A stretch of DNA of 64,000 bases from Mytilus edulis (GCF_963676685.1 NC_092348.1:58404001-58468000); one strand, 5' to 3'. Positions 22,201 to 34,975 are shown, counted from the stretch's first letter. A program made the numbers and translations. Notes: generated by a model not told the origin, from the sequence alone.

Positions 22201-25200
22201 CAGAACGTCATGATTTAATTTAAACTTTCATTTTGAAACCAAATGCATTATTTAATGACATTTCATCAAATAAAAAAGCGACAAACACATAATGTGTTTC
22301 CTTTAAACATGTTATTCGTATTGGGTTTTTTTTACCTTTTTTTCAGAATGCAGTTGTTGACGTACACATCCTTGTTGTTTCATGTTTGCAGACCACGAAT
22401 GATTTAATTGTATTTATAAAATATAAAATTCACGCTGCCAAAGTTGACCTTAGACATTTTTCCTTACTCTATTAGGGCCCATTTGATTTTCATGCTTCTA
22501 GTCAAGACTCTTAGTCTCTATGATACGTTCATATATATAGAAATGTGAAGCAACCGCTGCTAGTGAACTGTAAGGCGCTTCCTATCCACCAGTTACCGGG
22601 TTGTTTAGCATAATTTGAATAGTACTTTTGATTTTGAATCGTCAGTCCGACAAATAGTAGTGTATTTTGATTTTCCTTTTATTACTTTTTAGTTTATTTA
22701 GATTTCCAAACTGGTTCGATCTGGGGCTAACTTTCTCAATTGTTAAAAGATGTTTAGAAATATTGTCACCCATGAACTTCCCCTCAGCCGGAGGTAAAAA
22801 TTTTGCTTAAAAGAGGGGGTCCGTTTGTAAAGTGTTGTTTGTATGAATTGTAGAAACTAAATTAGTTTACCAATTATATTTATTCATATCCATGGTGTAT
22901 AAGCAGAATAAACGTTACTTTGCTTTTATACAGGCAAAATATGAAATCACTTTAATTATTTCCTTGCAGAACTAGAGAATTATATAAAAAAAAAAACACC
23001 CACCGCTTTCTCTGCTTTATTTTATACCTCAGTATTTGACACAAGCGGTCATCTCTGTTCCAGAATCTATGACCACCGAAACGGTTTTAATTTTGAAATT
23101 ATCAATTTTCTCACTTAAGAAGCGATATACCAAATTCAGCTGCAAATGGAATATGCTTTTCCCCGAATCAATCTATAGTCAAGACCTACTCAGACTTTGT
23201 AAAACGTCACCAATGTGTGAGCAGAAAGTTGATGAACCAGGGGAATGACAAAGAAAGTCTCGTCCTTTTTTCTCAAAAAGTGTATCGGAAGATACTCAGA
23301 CCTTGTTGATGGGTATTCCCTTTTAACTTCACAAATAATACATAATGGTCTTTAAGTAAAGATTATATGGACTGACGTTGTTAATCATTTGAATAACGTG
23401 TTATAGTATTCTTTTGTTTGTTTTTGTAAATCATTATTTCCACTGTTTAGTCATTTTGGTAATATCCATTTGAAGTGGCTCCTGTCATTGTCTTACGGTT
23501 ATTTTTTGTATTCTTTTCGTTGGTTTTTGCTATATGTCTTTTTGTTTTTCTTTGTTGACATATTTGTTTGTTTTTATCGTGATTAAGATTATTACACAAC
23601 GTTGACTTCTGTACCCCTAATTTTGACATTTGTATCTATTATGGCTGTTTGTTTTGTTCACACATCGTTGTCAAAATACTAGTAATGGAATTTTAAGCGA
23701 ATTTCATACAAGTGAGAGGTTTAGCCAGCTATAAATACAGGTTTAATTTTTGCGAGCAGTTAATCGGCTTTGCACGGACTAATCTAGTACTTGTTTCTTC
23801 ATTTGTTAACTATCAATGTGTGGTTTCGTGAAAAATCGCGCAATTGTATAGTTCACTTGACCGTTGAAAAACTACATTGCTACTTTAAATCAAAAGAAAA
23901 ATGATAACTGAAAATAGAGTTAGCAAATTCATTACACAACAAAATTGATTAAAGTTTTTTTTATTGGGAACGGACAGTCGAATTTGAATCCGAAACGCAA
24001 TAGAAAAATATATTTGATGAACGTATGTTCTTCTTAAAGAGATTTTTAAAATACAAGTCGTTCCAGAATTGATTGTTTTAAGCTTTCGAAAAGTCTAATG
24101 GAATTTTTAAAAGCACATTTAATCCAAAGAGTTGACTAGAGTATTAGAATTTAGTCATCCTTAACCTTGGATATCTACCATCCGAGAGTAAAACTATAAC
24201 GTTTGGTTGCTAATCCACACAACAGGACTAAAGTTAAAGGGGGATGTCAAAGAACGCTTGCAAGAACTATCTGAGGGTAGGTGGCATGTTGCAAGGAAAG
24301 GTTTCTGTTCATTTCCTACCTACCCTCATTTTCCTATGGCTGCTTTATCTTTCCGCTCTTCGTACCAGTCAAACTGCCTTGTAGAACCTACTTTGTATTA
24401 ATTGTTGATTTGTTCTTTTTCTGTAAATGTATAACATACTTGCCACCGGATGTTTAACAATCGACAATCAATCAATTAACCAATCAATCAATAATGCATA
24501 CGAAGGAAAACTTCAAAATAATTAAAATTAGTACATGCATTGCATAACAGAACGTAAGAATTTATTTGTTTTTCTTGATCTGGTTTCTACTAAACGGTCT
24601 GCATGTTCATACTATACTTTTTATTTGTATTTCAAATAGTATATGTTTTTGTAAAGTGTTTTTAGTGGTAACATGCATACAGAGAATCGTTTCTTGTATA
24701 AATGACCATATAACTGATTTTTACTTAAATTACATATGTAAGGAGACCACCTATTATACTTATCTACCCTGACGGGTTGTCGTTTGTTTCTGTTTATCAA
24801 TATTTTTTTTTTCATTTATCGTTTTGTACATTAAGCAGTCCGTTAGTTTTTACGTATGAATTATTTTGCATTTGTCATTTCGGGGCCTTATAGCTTGCCT
24901 TGCGATCGTAGGGAGTTGCCTTATTAGCAAATATACCAAATCTTCTTATTTGTATATTTTTTTCTTTCAATAAACTTGTCTATGCAGTACTTACAACCCT
25001 TTTCTCGTGGAATTTCTAAGTACAACTCAGATGATTTATTTTTCAAAAAAGAAGCTATTATATAACATGATAATCAATTCATGTCATTCATAACTTTTAT
25101 TGATGACATGAAAATTTGCATACATGTACATGTATATCAGTCAATTTTTTTTATTTTGCTTTAACATACAGTTTTAATGTTAAAATTCGTTCCAAATGTT

Positions 25201-26440
25201 ATCCAATATTTATTTTCATAAAATTGACTTTTAACATTTTACAAATATCATACATCTATATTTAATGATATTTTACAAATGAAAATGATGGGTTTTATTC
25301 TGTAACGTTTAAAGACTATCTGTACAATATTACCATAGTTAATGCTTCCCTTTGATGGGCGCCTATAACAGGGGGAATGAATTGATGTACAAGTGTTATA
25401 TTAAAATTTTGTCTTTGCCAATTCATAATTTTGTTTTAGTAAAATTATGAATTATCAAAGACAAAATTTTAATATAACACAAGTAAGAAGATGTGGTATA
25501 TTTGCCAATGAGACAACATAGGCCGAATGACGTAAACGTTAACGACTATAGGTCACCATATGGTCTTCAATGAGTAAACCCATACCACATAGTAAGCTAT
25601 AAAAGGCCCGAAATAACAAATGTAAAAATAATCAATCTAGAAAATATAATTTTTTTCGAGATTCATCTATGAACTTCAGACTTGAACTACATATAAATAC
25701 TGTTTTATTTCTGTTGAAATCCAAATATTTCAATGTTGGTATCATCAATCATAAGGGCACAATTTATATAATGTGTTATGGCACTCACTAAACAACAAAC
25801 TGACAATCATTGTTGAAAGCCGTACGGTGACCTATAGTTGTTAATTGCTGTGTCATTTTGTTCTCTTGTAGAGAGCGGCCCTTTGGAGAGTTGTCTCATT
25901 GACAATCATACCACATCTTCTTTTTTTTAAATATACGTTTATCCTTTCATAATTGCTTGAAAAATCAATGTTCTTATATAGTGTTTTAAAAAATAGTCTA
26001 ATAGGATACTATAATCAGCAATATGACACACAACTACAAAGAAATATCAAATCTGGAGCTGTGGGTAGTAAACGGATGCTTTTCAGTAATAGTTTTGTTC
26101 CAATTTTGTTTTCTTCTATCTTCAAATCAATCTTACCAAAAACATAACAAGAAAAATTACACAACTACGTACTAGTGCTCATCGTTTAAATATAGAACGG
26201 GGGAGATATATTTATCTCTATATTCCAAGAGAAGTCTGCACTGAAGTAATCTGAAGAACCATAATTATTTTTCAGTTTATAAACTTTTAAATTCACACAG
26301 TATTATTGAATATAAATATTTATACAAATAGAAATCTATATTACAGATGAATTTAGAAATAAGAAAAATGTCTTTAAATTATCTGTAGGCCTATAATTAT
26401 ATTATTATATACTACACGTAAAGTTTTGAAATGTTGTTTT

Positions 26441-27347
26441 GGGCGTATGACATTTGCGCCGATTTTTGAAATTTCATTCTTTCATTTGCGCCGATTTCAC
26501 TTTTTCATTTGCGCCGATTTTATAATTGCTCCTAATTGCATTTACAGTTTAACATAGATGTATAAATACTGGCTATACATATAGGAAGGTCAGTGCAAAT
26601 GATAGCGAAAAATGTATACTTATTTTTTCTACACACCTCAATCTTCAATGTCTTTGCAATGATATATCTCCAACATGTATAGATGAAACTTTTAAGTGCA
26701 GCTGTCCGAAATACTTTTTTGATATCAGTTATTTTACTTTACACGGATGTAAAATTGGAAACTGCCGTACCTCTAATTTACGCCCTCTTCCAAGCACAAG
26801 TGTTATGAAGTTGTAGAAAAATAATTTGCGATCTCTGCCGTCAAAAACATCTTTCCTTTGTGGCCGAGGTTATGCAGGCACAGAACTTGTGGAGAAAAAT
26901 CCAGTCTGTTGGGCTGAGCAGAGTATACAGACAAATTATTCATTGTTTTTTTTTTATATAAATAAGGCAGTTAGTTTTCTCAAATGAATTGTTTTACATT
27001 GTCATTTCGGGGCCTTTTATAGCTGACTATGCGGTATAGGCTTTGCTCATTTTTGAAGGCCGTACAGTTACCTATAATTGTTAATTTCTGTGTCATTTTG
27101 GTCTCTTGTGGAGAGTTGTCCCATTGGCAATCATATACCACATCTTCTTTTTTATTGCGTGACATTGGTAAATCGCTATCCGAATTGACTGACAATTCAT
27201 AACATTTGTACAATTGCTAACGGAAGAGGTTTATGATGATACATGAAAAATAGCATTCACCTGAAATTTACCTGGGAAAAAATCGGCGTAATTGAAAAGA
27301 AAAATCGGCGCAAATGAAATGCAGATCGGCGCAAATGCAAAACGCCG
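26441..27347. mobile_element. MITE with GGGCG...CCG ends, subterminal CATTTGCGCCGA repeats and 8-bp TSD (MULE-like)
   Basis: Inverted repeat arrays at both ends; flanks GTTGTTTT / GTTGATTT. Confidence 0.8.
26950..27153 (+). repeat. Family B terminal repeat, one of many SINE-like copies (also about 3688-3778, 24770-24950, 25484-25640, 25808-25928, 32130-32316, 37820-38000, 39570-39785, 41690-41808)
   Basis: Shared GAAGGCCGTACGGTGACCTATAGTTG...GAGAGTTGTCTCATTGGCAATCATACCACATCTTC; this copy is inserted in the MITE at 26441-27347. Confidence 0.85.
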
Positions 27348-29187
27348 GTTGATTTGATTTGTAATGGCTAAGAACACTTATGTACTTTAGTTATCTTAAT
27401 AATAATCTGGATCTTTATAAAAAGCAAAACGGGTAATTAAATTTGCAACATTCATACCGTTAAAATTTTCTTAATATACTAAAGAATAAGAACACATTAA
27501 GAAGTAATGTTTTGGCTTTCAACACGAATAAAAACAGTAATTATATTTCCTTTCATCTTTGCAAAGTTCAACGTGTATTTCATTTACCCATAACTATTGT
27601 ATTTATATAAACCATTAAATGGTCGCAATAAGATTTGTTTGTCTGATTAGCTTTCATTATAGGATTACAAATTTGTGGCACACGCACCGACAAATTGCCA
27701 TCTTTGGAATTGAAATAACGGAAATATGATATTTTCCGTCAAGCTTAACGAGGAGTAAATATCCGCTACGGTAAAATGTTTCTAAATAAAAGAAAGGACA
27801 TTGAAAATCATTTCAGTGAAATCGACCATATGGTCGGCCAAATGTATCATTACTATGAAACTAATTAATAGCTGTAGTTGTGAGAATTAAATGAAACAAG
27901 TGAAAATCTTAAACCAGCTTACTTGGAGATAATTGTTAGTCTTGAGTTTCAGCTTCTTATTAGAATTCGGTTTTATAGTAATACTATAAATTTATATATC
28001 TCAAAACGAACTTCTGTTTGGTTAAATATCACATTTATTTCAACAAGGATTGTCAGAGTAGCATATATAACATACAATATATTACATTGGATTAATCTGA
28101 AATATAATAAAATTGTGAACAAAATAATGGCATAGCTCATAAACGAGGATCTAGACCTCCATTGCTGTAGTCTTTTTTTTAAGCCGTTATCTCTTCTTTG
28201 TGAATTGTGCTGTAATTCACTATTTTTTATTATTTTTTCTTTTTCTTTTTTGTTTATTTTTTGTTGGCCTTTGTTTTCCATTCTCTATATTTTTACTTTT
28301 AATTTTTCACATTTAGTATAAAATTTTCTATACTTTAAACACCATCCAGACCCTCGTAAACATGTAAACATTTGTACAAGACAAGATAACCATTAGGTTG
28401 CCCTACAAATAAGTTGACCGAATTGTATAAACATTAAACTACAAAAACATTATGATTACGCGTCCTCAATTTTGTTTTCGCAATCATGCTATCATTTATG
28501 CATTATTAGTAAACTTCATTTGAAATATTGAGATTCATAAGTAAACGACAAAGAAAGAAAGAAAAACAGTTTAACGTGTAATTAACGCAGCATTTCTTTC
28601 TATTCAAGTTTTACAACGATTAAATCTCAGACTTATATTTCTAAAATGACTAAACCGAGTCCCTTTTCAAAAGAATACAAGAAAAAAATCAAGTTCACTA
28701 AAAAAAACACGAAAATCTGTACTTGGTAAATGAGGTAATAATGCAAGTTAAAGTTTACTATTTACGTAAATAATACGACAAACGAGCGAATTTTCAAATA
28801 AATACAAACAAATTGCTGAATTGTTTTTTTTTCTTAAGGGGGGGGGGGGGGGGGGGGGGTAAACGATTTTAGCTAATTATTTATTCATAAATAATTAATC
28901 TTTTAACTTTATTTCATATAGTGAGGGTTTTGATATTCAATATAGTTACGTGCGCATATTCCAGAATACTGTCGGAAGCTAAATGGTATGGAATATCTAA
29001 ATTAAAAAGATGAGATCTAAACTAAACATTTTATCAAAATCAAATTAAAATAAAACGTTTATGAAGTAACTAACTAAAATTTATAAATAAAAGTTTGTAA
29101 AAAAAGAAAGAATAAATAATATTGTATAACTCATTAATTAACTTTTGACCCCTTCAGGTATATATAGTCCATACATACAAAATTCTT

Positions 29188-29631
29188 TCAACCTAGGTCT
29201 AATACGTGAGTCATATAAGATATATAACAAATAGCTAATCTTAAAATTTCAATTTTTGATAATTTTTTATCTGGAGGTAGTGTTGGTAATAATTTTCGGA
29301 GCTCAGAAAATGCCACATTGAAAGCCTCTACACGAATTCTTTCCCTAGTAGCATGAGCCGTTCTGTATTTTTGTGTTGCCCTTCTCCTGCGTCTGCGCTC
29401 TTCACGGCTTAAACCTTGTTCATGAGAACCGTCGCCATTTTGATCATGACTATCGTGTCCGTCAGTACAACTCGAATTCTTCATGAAACAGAAATCGTCC
29501 ATGCTTTTCTCTTCGGAACTAGGTGTAATACCACAGTCTGATTCGTTGAAATCTGATTTCGGTGATAAGTTGTCAAAATTATGTTCTCTGATATATCCAT
29601 ATTCAAACATTTCTCTTTGGTAGTTCTTCAT
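29188..29631 (-). CDS. NHLH1: NHLH/HEN/NSCL-family neural bHLH transcription factor (HLH4C-like)
   Basis: [60 protein letters not shown] matches the NHLH bHLH. A splice acceptor (TTTTCAG) lies just upstream of the ATG, so an upstream exon is likely. Confidence 0.93.
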   Translation of the reverse strand: MKNYQREMFEYGYIREHNFDNLSPKSDFNESDCGITPSSEEKSMDDFCFMKNSSCTDGHDSHDQNGDGSHEQGLSREERRRRRRATQKYRTAHATRERIRVEAFNVAFSELRKLLPTLPPDKKLSKIEILRLAICYISYMTHVLDLG

Positions 29632-30633
29632 ATTTTCTGAAAATAAACAACAATTTTGTAATAAACTCTGCTCATCAAAATTTATGATAAAAAGAACTCC
29701 ATAGTATCTACATTTGTTTCCCTAGTTTTAGATTTTTCCAAAATGGTACACCTAAAATGACTTTTGTACAATAGTCGACAAAGGTACTGATACATATATC
29801 TGAAGTCAAATTTATGATCAAATTTGATAAATATGAAAAACTGTTATATCATCAAAACTAACACACCCTTTTGCAAACCAAACACAACAAGTTGGATAGG
29901 AAAAAAATATAGTAAATTTATGGAAACATTGGGATCAAAACTAGTATGCACAAATTGATGACAAAATCTATGCCCAATTTCAAAGATGAGAATTCTTTAT
30001 TCAAATACCTGTGAAGTCTGTGAAGGCATTCAAAAGTTAGATCAGACCTTGCATACAATATATATGTTACAAATTTTTAGTTTTATTATTTTAAATAGCA
30101 CTGACCATCGCGCTGTAGCGTAGGCAATCGCACTTTAGCTTGACCATTGCGTTTTTTTGTCCCAATCGCGTTTAGAGTCGTATAAAATATTTGTTTTACT
30201 CTTTCGGAACGAACAAATGGATATTTTACTTCCACAAGGTCGGAAACCCATAAATCATGATAGTACAATCAGCCTAATAGACAGTACTTCGGTCCTGGCA
30301 GGATTTTGTCAGAAAATTTCAAGGAATAAATAATCGATCAATTGTACAAAAAAAAATAAGGTTGAAAGTTGATTTTGGACGGTTTTAGCTCGTAAATATG
30401 TAAAATTGAGAAAGGAAATGGTGAATATGTCAAAGCGACAACCACCCGACCATAGAGCAAACAACAGCCGAAGGCAACCAATGGGTCTTCAATGTAGCGA
30501 GAATTCCCGCACCCGTAGGTGTCCTTCAGCTGGCCCCTAAAATATGCATAAAAGTACAGTGATAATGGACGTCATACTAAACTCCGAATTATACACAAGA
30601 AACTAAAATTTAAAATCATACAAGACTAACAAA

Positions 30634-30724
30634 GGCCAGAGGCTCCTGACTTGGGACAGGCGCAAAATTGCGGCGGGGTTAAACATGTTTATGAGATCTC
30701 AACCCTCCCCCTATACCTCTAGCC
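30634..30724 (-). ncRNA. Twister ribozyme, P5-type permutation, in PLE 3' region
   Basis: GGGG-GA-GGG...U^AA-CCCC-GC-C-(GCAA/UUGC)-G-CCUG-UCCCAAGU-CAGG-A, closed by a 10-bp P5 GGCUAGAGGU/GCCUCUGGCC. Confidence 0.82.
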
Positions 30725-30908
30725 AATGTAGAAAAGTAAAAGAATAACAATACGCACATTAAAATTCAGTTCAAGAGAAGTCCGAGTCTGATGTCAAAAG
30801 ATGTAACAAAAGAAAATAAACAAAATGACAATAATACATAAATAACAACAGACTACTAGCAGTTAACTGACATGCCAGCTCCAGACCTCAATTAAACTGA
30901 TTGAAAGA

Positions 30909-30997
30909 TTATGTCTTCATCATATGAATATCAGGTACAATCCCTCCCGTTAGGGGTTTAGTATCATACTATCATAAAATATATGAGAAGAACATAA
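30909..30997 (-). promoter_or_regulatory. SECIS element (type 2) in PLE 3' UTR
   Basis: AUGA core, 12 nt, AAA, CCC/GGG apical mini-stem, UGAU; helix II (A)GUAUGAU/AUUGUAC(C); helix I UUAUGU-CUUC-UCAUAU / AUAUGA-GAAG-ACAUAA. Confidence 0.8.
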
Positions 30998-31039
30998 CCC
31001 GTGTCATGCCAACAACTGTTTTTTTAGAAATAAATGTGT

Positions 31040-31807
31040 TTAGTTCCGATGCAAAGACCCTATCAGTGAATCAATGTTAAAGCCAAAATATGCAATCTTT
31101 AATGACCTGACAACAGTATCGTAACTATATCCCCTTTTAATAAGTCTATTTAAAGGTTTTGTTAGTTTCTGAGGAGAATACTGACATTTTTGTGCTTTAT
31201 AAAGAATATTTCCATAAAATTTTGGATGTGAAATACCTGAACGTATAAGATGTCTGCATGTTGAGTTATATTTACGAATTATTTCCTTATACCGGTGATA
31301 AAATTTAGTAAATGTTTTGACCAGTTTGTGATATCGAAAACCCTGGTGTAATAATTTTTCAATAATACATAAATTTCTCTCGCTAAAATCTAATACATTG
31401 TTACATACACGAGCGAATCGTACAAGTTGAGATATATAAACACCATAAGATGGTGACAAGGGAACGTCACCATCTAAAAATGGATAATTAACAATAGGAA
31501 ATGAAAAATCATCTCTTTTATCATAAATTTTTGTATTAAGCTTCCCGTTTATGATATAGATATCAAGATCGAGGAAAGGGCAGTGGTCATTGTTATCATT
31601 AGCTTTATTTAAAGTAAGTTCTACAGGATAAATTTCTTTAGTATACATACTGAAGTCGTCATTATTTAGAGCCAATATATCATCCAAATATCTAAAAGTA
31701 TTGTTAAATTTTTGTATCAAATGTTGTTTTGATGGGTCTTTGCTAATTGTAGTCATAAATTGTAACTCATAACAATACAAAAACAGGTCCGCAATAAGTG
31801 GTAGCAT
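31040..31807 (-). pseudogene. PLE reverse transcriptase fragment (open, 5'-truncated)
   Basis: 255-aa ORF with RT motifs 4-7 and thumb; the ATG comes from the flanking junction. Confidence 0.85.
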
Positions 31808-31905
31808 TTTGGTTTTCCTGAATGTAGTTTCCAGTATATCTGCATAATAAAGGTATTTATCGAGCAGTTTTCATCCACACAGAAATTAGTGTGTCATACT
31901 TTAAG

Positions 31906-31992
31906 CATCTTCGCTAGCCAAGAGTTACGATCCACCCCCGTTCTCTCCACAAGAGAACGGGAGTGGATCGTAACCCTTGGCTAGCGAAGATG
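31906..31992. mobile_element. 87-bp hairpin mini-MITE with 9-bp TSD TACTTTAAG
   Basis: Near-perfect arms of about 41 bp; exact TSD. Confidence 0.88.
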
Positions 31993-33402
31993 TACTTTAA
32001 GTGAAGCAGACGAGAAGGAAAAGACAAATAAATAGCCTGTTCGATCACATTTTAATTTGAAAAAAAAAATCCCTTATCGTCCATTAACTATGATGGAAAA
32101 GAACAGATTTGTTGGTTATTATTTTTTTTCATTTTATTTGTTTTGTCATAAATCAGGCCGTTTGTTTTTTTTTCGTTTGAACTGATCACATTTTGTCATG
32201 TCGTTGACGTTTATATCGGACTGTAATGTTGACGACCGTACGTTTGGTGACCTCTAGTCTCTGACATCATCGTCGTTTAGTGTTGAAGGCTAATAGTCTC
32301 ATTGGAAATCATACCAATATAAGTTCTATGGTTTGCCGATGACCCCGTACCGTGATCCGTTCAGGTCTAGTAAATCTATAGGGGGTCATGCCTGTACCAA
32401 GTTTGATTTAGAATAGGAGTAAATAGAATGTTTAGCACATCTGTGAGCTGGGATTGGATTTATGATTTTTTTGAAACTAAATTAACCACAAAAATTCCAA
32501 TTCTAAATCCTTAAATAGATTTTTTTAATTTTAAATTTAAATGATTTTTCACTTTTGAATCAGGCCGTGTACTCTAAAATAAACCATGCATATATTACCC
32601 GAACTGTAACTTTTATATTATGAAAAGGCAGTTCCTATTAACTTTCGTTGATAATTCGATTTGTGAATTTCAATTTTAAAGCATAGTATATCTAATCTTG
32701 TTTCTCTCCCAGCTGAGCTTTTCCTAGTGATATACTAGAATAGTTTCATTTTTGTTTCCCAATATCTAGTATTTTTTATCATGACATAATTACTAGTAGT
32801 TCCTTAGTCAGGAATTCCTAGATTAAGAAAAGTTGGGAAAGCAAAGGCTCTATAAAAGCCAAAAATTACTTAAAAAGGTCAAACTTTCATGTTTGTACAG
32901 TGCATTTTTATTGTTGTCTCTTTATTCGTCAATACTAATAATAATAACACAAAAAGCTATATAGCACCCTGTTGTCTCAGTCTGTACGAAATTTGCATGC
33001 AATATGTTTTGCGGGAAATTCAGTGGAGTAAAGATAATATAAGGTCAATTAATTGCCACGTGTACATAGTGGTGTAGTATACTATTAAACTCCTATTTGA
33101 TAAGAAGTAATAGATAAAAGATATCGCGGTGAACATCATGGAAAAAAAGATCGACTGGAAAAGTGTCTAAAAAAGGAATATTTTCGAGGCAGAGGTGATG
33201 TCAAGTTAATGTAACAAATCATGACATTCGTACGAACCATGCATGCTTAGTTTGAAGCGAATAACACCAGACAGTTGTTTTAGTTTTTAATGGTGGAAAT
33301 GTAAGCAATTTTGAAGTTCCAGATACATTTTAAAAAGAGGCAAAAAAATAGATAAACGAGGGAGTGGGCGTTTACTGGTCAGTGTTAACATACTTGTCCT
33401 GT

Positions 33403-33710
33403 GTTTATATGCCCTATTTAGGGGCATTATGCTTTTCAGTCTGTGTGTCTGTTCATCTGTGCATCTGTCCTGCTTCATGTTAAATCTTATGGCCGTCAAG
33501 CGCTTCAGTTTATAGTTTTTGGTCAAGGTAGTTATTGATGGAGTTGAAGTCCAATCAACTTGAAACTTAGTACACATGTTCCCTATGATATGATCTTTCG
33601 GAATTGTGATGCCGCAAATATGAGTTTTGACACCCACTTTTAAGGTTCACTGAGCATAGAATATGATAGTGCGAGTTGGTGCATCCGTGTAATATAGACG
33701 GATTCTGTCA
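33403..33710 (+). mobile_element. Diverged copy of the same HINE-like element
   Basis: Collinear with 63104-63397. Confidence 0.7.
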
Positions 33711-34975
33711 ATTTTCTCTTATTTTAATATTTACTAAGAGTTTTTATAAGTTTCATCTTAAGTTTTGTGTGTGTGTGATAAATCCTACATGCATGTAATT
33801 CTAATTTTTAAATCTCTAATGTAATTTGTAACTAGTAAACTATGCCGGCGTTTCGAATAATTAAAAAGTTTTATATTTTACCCTCATATTTCAAATAGAT
33901 GAAATATAAAATGAAGATGACAGCCAGTGTGTGTATAACGAATCTTCATTGTAATTTTATTATTTCATGAGGAACCTACCACGATATAATTCCCTAAATG
34001 AACTCATTTAACTGTAAAAAGACATCATTTTCTGTCTTTTCATCAGGTCTCCTCTATAACTGAAGGAAATAAATTCCTCTATTATTGCGTTAAAGGGAAC
34101 CACTTTGGAAATGTTAGATGTGTTAACGGGGGAATAATTCGATTATTGAAATAGTCATACCCATTAATATCCCTACGCCGACCTCGCGTGTTTATTGAAT
34201 ACGACAGGTCTCGTGAGAATGTACGTTAATTCAATGACAGGCAAAATAATTCCTTAACAAGATGTTAACTGGTTATAGATGTTTAGAGATGAGGGTACTT
34301 TTGCAAATATTTTATTACACTAGACTAAAGGATGTTAATTTTGGTACGATAGGGTTTTGCGACGAAACATATTGTTATATGTCAATAAAAGCGACACAAT
34401 TATTTCCCGTCGCAAATTAAGTTAACTTATTGCGATTGATAACTTTGCAAAGTTTGTGTTTGTATAGGATTTGAGTTAAACCCCTAGAATGTTCCACCGA
34501 AAATTGTTAAACCAACCATGCCGTTCGTTATACATTTCAGGAGCCTCAAATGCACATGTGAAGAGGTCTCTTTCACAGGACTGATGATCTACCTATTGTA
34601 CTTTCTGTTAATTTGTGCCTGTCCTGAACGTGCATGAAATATTCGCCACTGGATGTTAAGCAATCAACAGTTAATCAACTGTTTTCATTGTAGCTTATAT
34701 CTTGCATTAAGATACATATATATTATTTTGGTTTTGTATTTGTACAGTTACTTATAATGACTGTTATTTTTATTAGTATTATTATTAATAATATTAGTTT
34801 AACAAATTGCTGACTTTGGACATGCATATCTATAATTTTAAACATTTTCGAGAGCCTTCAACACTCATCCTTACACGAATTATAAGGAGTCGCAACAAAA
34901 CATGCGAACAAAATGTAAAAAATGCTTTTCATGTAAACTTCAAAATATTAATGCCAAATTAAGGTTGTGACCTAA

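Larger units (their letters stand above)
30401..31801 (-). mobile_element. 5'-truncated Penelope-like retroelement (probably Naiad-type), family A
   Basis: RT C-terminal half ([31 protein letters not shown]) ending without a C-terminal GIY-YIG domain; 640-bp 3' region with SECIS and twister motifs. Confidence 0.85.

Noticed and set aside
29188-30997. Selenocysteine read-through of the NHLH TGA stop via the nearby same-strand SECIS
   Set aside because: The SECIS is upstream of the CDS, not in its 3' UTR
33900-34450. Possible conserved enhancer upstream of NHLH (TAAT/TGACAG-rich)
   Set aside because: Such motifs are expected by chance in AT-rich DNA; needs cross-species alignment
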